From the NCBI GenBank assembly GCA_963664225.1, contig OY760937.1, positions 2,208,001-2,272,000 on the forward strand: a stretch of DNA of 64,000 nt, in the 5' to 3' direction. The position numbers and the translations under genes were made by a program. Position 1 is the first letter of the stretch. Each line of letters opens with the position of its first letter. Below the pieces are notes generated by a model. The model did not search any database and was not told where the DNA came from. It saw only the letters and a program-made list of their open reading frames with translations. Source of the stretch: Verrucomicrobiia bacterium (GTDB lineage Bacteria > Verrucomicrobiota > Verrucomicrobiia > Limisphaerales > UBA1319). Shown here piece after piece: positions 58,939 through 64,000 of this stretch.

Positions 58939-60603
58939 ATGAATGTCAATGACTTTCGAAAAACGGATCGCCTGCTATCGCCTGCGGATTTTTCAGGCAA
59001 TGTAACCACTCGTGACGGATTCGCTAAAAAGGAGGATCGAGATGCGCATGCGGCCCCGACTGACCTTGAGATCGTGCAGACGTTGCGCGCTTCAGAACTA
59101 AGTTATCGGCGGTTATTCGAGGCCGCGAAGGATGGCATCCTGATTCTGGACGTTGATTCAGGACGCATCGACGATGCAAATCCGTTCCTATGCAAACTAT
59201 TGGGATTTTTGCGCAGTGAAATGCTCGGCAAAACTGTTGGCGAGCTAAGTCCTTTCAAAGACATCGAGTCCAATCAGGCCATGTTGGAGCAACTTCAGCA
59301 ATACGGGTATGTGCGATATGAAGACCTGCCACTGGAAACAAGAGATGGCCGGCACATTGCCGTGGAATTTGTCTGCAACGTGTATCAAGCCGGTGATCGC
59401 AATGTGATCCAATGCAATATTCGCGACATCACGGAGCGCAAGCGAATCGACAAACAAATCAAGGACTCTTACAAGGAAATCGGCGATTTAAAATCCGCAA
59501 TGGATCAGCACGCCATCGTGGCCATCACCAATCCGCAAGGAATGATCACCTATGTAAATGAAAAGTTCTGCGTGATCTCCAAATACCCACGCGCGGAACT
59601 GTTGGGAAAAGACCACCGCATCGTCAATTCCGGGTTTCATTCGAAAGAATTCATCCGCGAACTATGGACCACAATATCCAGCGGGAAAGTGTGGAAAGGT
59701 GAAATCAGGAACAAGGCAAAGGATGGCTCGTTTTATTGGGTGGATACGACCATTGTTCCGTTCCTGAACGAGCAGGGCCAGCCGCGTCAGTACGTGGCGA
59801 TTCGCACCGACATCACGGTGCGCAAGAGGGCAGAAGAGGAAATCCTCCAGCTCAATGCGGCGCTGGAACAACGTGTTCTCGAGAGAACTGCTCAACTTGA
59901 GACCGTCAACGCTGAACTGGAGGCCTTCAGTTATTCGGTCTCTCACGATTTGCGCGCGCCCCTGCGCCATATCATGGGATTTGTGGAACTGCTGCAAATA
60001 GAAGCCAGGCCCGCGCTATCTGAAGCCAATCTTCACCGTCTGACGACGATCGCCATGTCCGCAAAGCGGATGGGAACATTGATTGACGACCTTCTCGCCT
60101 TCTCGCATGCTGGAAAAACCACCATTCAAAAGGTTCAAGTCGATCTCAATCGGTTGGTCCAGGAGGTAGCGGACGATTTTAAGGCGGAGGCCAATGGGCG
60201 GAGCATTGAATGGAAATTGAACCCTTTGCCTCCAGTGCATGCCGACCGGACATTGCTGCGCATGGTGCTGGTCAATCTCATTTCCAATGCGGTGAAGTTC
60301 ACCAGCGGGCGCTCCACCGCCAAAATTGAAATTGGCTGCGTTCCGAATGAAAAGAACGAAACAGTCATCTTCATTCGCGATAACGGAGCTGGTTTCGATC
60401 CTCACTATACCGACAAACTCTTCGGTGTGTTTCAACGCCTGCACAGTCAGGACGAGTTCGAGGGTACAGGCATCGGGTTGGCCAATGTCCAGCGCATCAT
60501 TCATCGGCACGGCGGCCGGACATGGGCGGAAGGTGCGGTGGACGACGGCGCGACATTCTTCTTTTCAATCCCGGCTTTCACCAAAACCATCGATGGGCGC
60601 TGA
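58939..60603 (+). CDS. PAS-PAS sensor histidine kinase
   Basis: Two PAS/PAC domains, SVSHDLRAPL, NAVKFT, FEGTGIGLA. Confidence 0.95.
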   Translation: MNVNDFRKTDRLLSPADFSGNVTTRDGFAKKEDRDAHAAPTDLEIVQTLRASELSYRRLFEAAKDGILILDVDSGRIDDANPFLCKLLGFLRSEMLGKTVGELSPFKDIESNQAMLEQLQQYGYVRYEDLPLETRDGRHIAVEFVCNVYQAGDRNVIQCNIRDITERKRIDKQIKDSYKEIGDLKSAMDQHAIVAITNPQGMITYVNEKFCVISKYPRAELLGKDHRIVNSGFHSKEFIRELWTTISSGKVWKGEIRNKAKDGSFYWVDTTIVPFLNEQGQPRQYVAIRTDITVRKRAEEEILQLNAALEQRVLERTAQLETVNAELEAFSYSVSHDLRAPLRHIMGFVELLQIEARPALSEANLHRLTTIAMSAKRMGTLIDDLLAFSHAGKTTIQKVQVDLNRLVQEVADDFKAEANGRSIEWKLNPLPPVHADRTLLRMVLVNLISNAVKFTSGRSTAKIEIGCVPNEKNETVIFIRDNGAGFDPHYTDKLFGVFQRLHSQDEFEGTGIGLANVQRIIHRHGGRTWAEGAVDDGATFFFSIPAFTKTIDGR

Positions 60604-61144
60604 ACTTACAGGTTCCAAGGACATTCTTTTGGTCGATGACGATAAACAGGATGTGGAGCTTGCGCTTTCTGCACTGGAAGAGGGCCATATGGCAACCAGG
60701 GTTGCGGTGGTGAGCGACGGTGCGGAGGCGCTGGATTATCTTTGTCGGCGTGGGATGTATAAAGCACGCTCAAAGGGCAATCCCATTGTGGTGCTCCTCG
60801 ACCTCAAGATGCCAAAAGTCAACGGGTTGGAGGTTTTGGAGTTCATAAAGTGCGACCCTTATTTGAAGGTCATACCCGTGGTCATGCTCTCCTCCTCCCG
60901 CGAGGAACGAGACCTGATGGAGTGTTACAACAGCGGGGGAAATGCATTCGTGGTGAAGCCTGTGGATTTCGCTGAGTTCAAGAATGCGGTTAAGCAAATC
61001 GGCATCTTCTGGACGCAAATCAACGAGCCGCCGCCGACTGCAGAAATTGCAGAAACTCCGGCCCAAATCGGTAAATGCACTTCACCGGAAAGGAGGGAGG
61101 CTGGCATTGAAAACCCCACTTCACATCCTGCACCTGGAGGATGA
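60593..61144 (+). CDS. Rcp1-like receiver protein
   Basis: LLVDDD, LLDLKMPKVNG, FVVKPVDF; overlaps both neighbours. Confidence 0.9.
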   Translation: MGAELTGSKDILLVDDDKQDVELALSALEEGHMATRVAVVSDGAEALDYLCRRGMYKARSKGNPIVVLLDLKMPKVNGLEVLEFIKCDPYLKVIPVVMLSSSREERDLMECYNSGGNAFVVKPVDFAEFKNAVKQIGIFWTQINEPPPTAEIAETPAQIGKCTSPERREAGIENPTSHPAPGG

Positions 61145-62720
61145 TCCCAACGACATCGCCCTCGTCAAATCCACTCTGGAAGCCGGAGGCGTTATTTGCG
61201 AGACAACCTGCGTAAAAAACCGCGTCGATTTTATTGCCGCGCTCGAACGCAATGGCATCGACTTGGTCCTTTCGGATTTCTCGCTGCCCGCATTTGATGG
61301 GTTGTCCGCGGTAAATATCGTCCGCGAGAAATGGCCTGATCTGCCCGTCATCCTTGTCTCCGGCACTTTAGGCGAGGAATTGGCCATCGATTCGCTCAAG
61401 AGCGGCGCCACGGATTATGTCCTGAAAGAACGGCTTTCACGGCTCGTTCCCGCGGTGCGTCGCGCCATGCAGGACGTGGAGGAACGGACCGAGCGCCGGC
61501 GCCTGCAGGCTCAGTTTATAGAAGCGCAAAAAATGGAAATAATCGGCCAGCTCGCCGGCGGAGTTGCGCATGATTTTAACAACATGCTCGGGGTTATCAT
61601 TGGTTATTGCGATTTCATCTCGTCAGACCTGGGCCCCGACAATCCATTGCAGAAATATACCGGGGAGATCCGCCACGCATCCGAGCGTGCCACCGGCTTG
61701 ACGCGCCAATTACTCGTCTTTAGCCGCAAACAAGCCGTGCAACCCATTGTTCTCGATCTCAACGATGTGGTGAATGAACTGAGCCTGATGTTAAGGCGGC
61801 TCATCGATGAGAATATAGACCTGACAATCGTTCCCGGAACAGAAATCGGGCGCATCAAGGCCGACTCTGGCCACATGGGACAAATACTGATGAATCTGGT
61901 CATCAATGCGCGCGATGCCATGCCCAACGGGGGCAAACTTTCAATCGCAACAGCAAATGTGTCGATCGATAAAAATTGCACGTTAAGGCACTCGGGCGCA
62001 ATTCCCGGCGATTACGTGATGCTCAGCGTCAGTGACACGGGAACCGGCATGACCGGGGACGTCAAAGCGCGGTTGTTTGAAGCGTTTTTCACCACCAAAC
62101 CATCCGGAAAGGGAACCGGTTTGGGACTGGCGACCTGCCAGACGATCGTCCAACAATGCGGAGGTCACATTGAAGTCTGGAGCGAAGTTGGAAAAGGCAC
62201 GACATTCAAAATCTATTTTCCAAGAGTGCGGCAACCATTGGATGCCGGGGCAGGGTCGATTCGCATCGGTCCATTGCCACGAGGCACGGAAACCGTGCTG
62301 GTAGTGGAAGATGAGCCATCCCTCAAACACCTGGCTTGTGACGTATTGGAAGCCCAGGGTTATGAAGTGCTGTCGGCCTCAAACGGCCAGGATGCGATAC
62401 ATGTGGCGCATGAGCATAAAGGATCGCCAATCCGATTGGTGGTCACCGATGTCATCATGCCACTGATGGGTGGCAAACTGCTGGCGGACAATCTGAAATC
62501 GAGTTATTCCGATCTGAAATTCCTCTTCACCTCCGGTTACACGGATGAGGCCATCACCGAACACGGAGAGAACGACCCGGGCATTGAATTCCTGCCCAAA
62601 CCCTATACGCCAGCGACGCTCGCCTGCAAAGTGCGCGACATGCTGGACCGGGGCTCCCACTCACAGCCTGTCAAACCATCCTGCATCTCCGACACTTGTG
62701 CCGTGGATGGGCTCAATTAA
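61107..62720 (+). CDS. Hybrid histidine kinase REC-HisKA-HATPase-REC
   Basis: LHLEDD, AHDFNNML, NARDAM, GKGTGLGLA, C-terminal receiver; TTG start inferred. Confidence 0.93.
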   Translation: MKTPLHILHLEDDPNDIALVKSTLEAGGVICETTCVKNRVDFIAALERNGIDLVLSDFSLPAFDGLSAVNIVREKWPDLPVILVSGTLGEELAIDSLKSGATDYVLKERLSRLVPAVRRAMQDVEERTERRRLQAQFIEAQKMEIIGQLAGGVAHDFNNMLGVIIGYCDFISSDLGPDNPLQKYTGEIRHASERATGLTRQLLVFSRKQAVQPIVLDLNDVVNELSLMLRRLIDENIDLTIVPGTEIGRIKADSGHMGQILMNLVINARDAMPNGGKLSIATANVSIDKNCTLRHSGAIPGDYVMLSVSDTGTGMTGDVKARLFEAFFTTKPSGKGTGLGLATCQTIVQQCGGHIEVWSEVGKGTTFKIYFPRVRQPLDAGAGSIRIGPLPRGTETVLVVEDEPSLKHLACDVLEAQGYEVLSASNGQDAIHVAHEHKGSPIRLVVTDVIMPLMGGKLLADNLKSSYSDLKFLFTSGYTDEAITEHGENDPGIEFLPKPYTPATLACKVRDMLDRGSHSQPVKPSCISDTCAVDGLN

Positions 62721-62726
62721 TCCGCG

Positions 62727-62744
62727 ATGGGGTAAAGACCCCAT
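62727..62744. promoter_or_regulatory. Palindromic operator-like site
   Basis: ATGGGGT AAAG ACCCCAT. Confidence 0.7.
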
Positions 62745-62816
62745 TGCACGCGTCCGTCACCGGCTTTAGCTTCACGCCATGAAACAGGAAAGATTCGTCC
62801 ACGGTGGAGGTGACAA

Positions 62817-63014
62817 ATGTCGTTAATTTCTGTTGCGGTTACGCTGATAATTGTCGGAGTGCTCCTCTGGCTGGTCAATGCCTATATTCCGATGGATGGG
62901 AAGATTAAAAAGATTCTCAACGTCGTTGTTGTTATTTGCGTCATAGTGTGGCTGCTGTACGCCTTTGGCATCATCAGCCACACTGGGGATATCCGGGTTC
63001 CTCGGGTTCAGTGA
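62817..63014 (+). CDS. Thivi_2564-like small membrane protein
   Basis: GGAGG RBS; GVLLWLVNAYIPMDGKIKKILNVVV. Confidence 0.85.
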   Translation: MSLISVAVTLIIVGVLLWLVNAYIPMDGKIKKILNVVVVICVIVWLLYAFGIISHTGDIRVPRVQ

Positions 63015-63180
63015 ATATTTCCCTGCTGACGGGCCGCCAGTCGAAGTCTGCGGCCCGTCACCAGTCATGGCCAAAGCACGCCTCTTTTCTCGATTTCCCG
63101 CCCGCACTTTTCCCAATCGATTCGCACGGACAATACTCCTTTTCACGAGCCTGGGCACTATCACTTTATCAGCAATTCGC

Positions 63181-63198
63181 ATGGGGTAAAGACCCCAT
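63181..63198. promoter_or_regulatory. Palindromic operator-like site
   Basis: ATGGGGT AAAG ACCCCAT, identical to 62727-62744. Confidence 0.7.
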
Positions 63199-63496
63199 GG
63201 CGAACAAGTGAAATTTAGGGCTAAATGGGTCGCATGAGAGATCATCGTTCCACACACTCCAAAATAACAGCCACTGGATATTCCGACCCCGAGCTGCCGA
63301 AGCGATGTGGAATTAAAATCTCCTGGAGCAGGGAAACCATCAGCCCGATCCTTATCAAGAACCAACCTATTGAGAGGGCGGCGGAGATTGATGGAGGCAA
63401 TCGATTTCCCAATCGATTTCGTGGGTATGAGGCGCTGCTTTCGTATATCTTGAAAATTCCAATGGTTTTTGTCTCAAAACCCGGGAGGCGGATGGC

Positions 63497-64000
63497 TTGA
63501 ATATCCCACCGCGCCGGACATTTCAGTACTCCGTGCTGAGTGGCTTATCATTGTGCTTCATGTTATTCTGCCAGGCTCAGGAACCCACCCCTCCCCTGAA
63601 AAACGAGCAGACGACTGAAACCATTATTCTCCCCAAATCCGTTCCCGATCCCATCGAACCATTTAACCGGGTGATGTGGGCCTTCAACAAAGGTTTGATG
63701 AAGGATGTGATAAAACCGACGAGCAGGATCTACCGGTTTGTCATCGTGAAACCGGTTCGAACCGGAATCCGGCATTTTGGCAGGAACCTCACGTATCCGG
63801 GGAGATTGATCAACAATTTGCTGCAGGGAAAGTGGGCCGGAGCGCGCGACGAATCCTACCTGTTTTTTTGCAATACCACCGTCGGAGTGGCCGGGATCTT
63901 CGATTTGTCGGACAAATGGAAGATTGCAAAATCGGATGCGGATTTTGGCCAGACGCTCGGGCAATGGGGCTGGAAGCCCGGGTTATTTATAATGTTGCCG
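63497..64000 (+). CDS. mlaA: MlaA/VacJ-family protein, truncated by window end
   Basis: Hand translation DPIEPFNRVMWAFN..NNLLQGK..NTTVGVAGIFD..DFGQTLGQWG; start uncertain. Confidence 0.85.
   Translation, partial: MNIPPRRTFQYSVLSGLSLCFMLFCQAQEPTPPLKNEQTTETIILPKSVPDPIEPFNRVMWAFNKGLMKDVIKPTSRIYRFVIVKPVRTGIRHFGRNLTYPGRLINNLLQGKWAGARDESYLFFCNTTVGVAGIFDLSDKWKIAKSDADFGQTLGQWGWKPGLFIMLP

Noticed and set aside
63563..63964. 133 aa minus-strand ORF
   Set aside because: Antisense to the well-supported mlaA frame.

Overview
GC-rich bacterial chromosome segment, probably from Verrucomicrobiota (inferred from the attC-like repeat family, REP-like families and a characteristic C-terminal motif). Housekeeping content: aceE-aceF-lpdA with a divergent lipoate ligase, leuB, tatD-tcdA, mnmA, an iorA-iorB-paaK-ACT-thioesterase cluster, tRNA-Phe(GAA) and several secreted glycoside hydrolases. 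Four accessory structures stand out. (1) 13.3-19.7 kb: a 3.2 kb nested tandem mosaic of several REP-like palindrome families, followed directly by six small membrane/secreted ORFs separated by five degenerate attC-like sites with no integrase (CALIN-like); one attC half now forms the N-terminus of a lipoprotein ORF. (2) An AbrB-VapC toxin-antitoxin pair bracketed by a duplicated 54-nt 3' end of the lipoate ligase gene. (3) 53-64 kb: a signalling/small-membrane-protein region with four strong copies and one weak copy of the palindrome ATGGGGT-N4-ACCCCAT, a candidate regulon. (4) A REPIN-like tandem repeat at 1-630. All calls are by-eye motif recognition; no searches were run.
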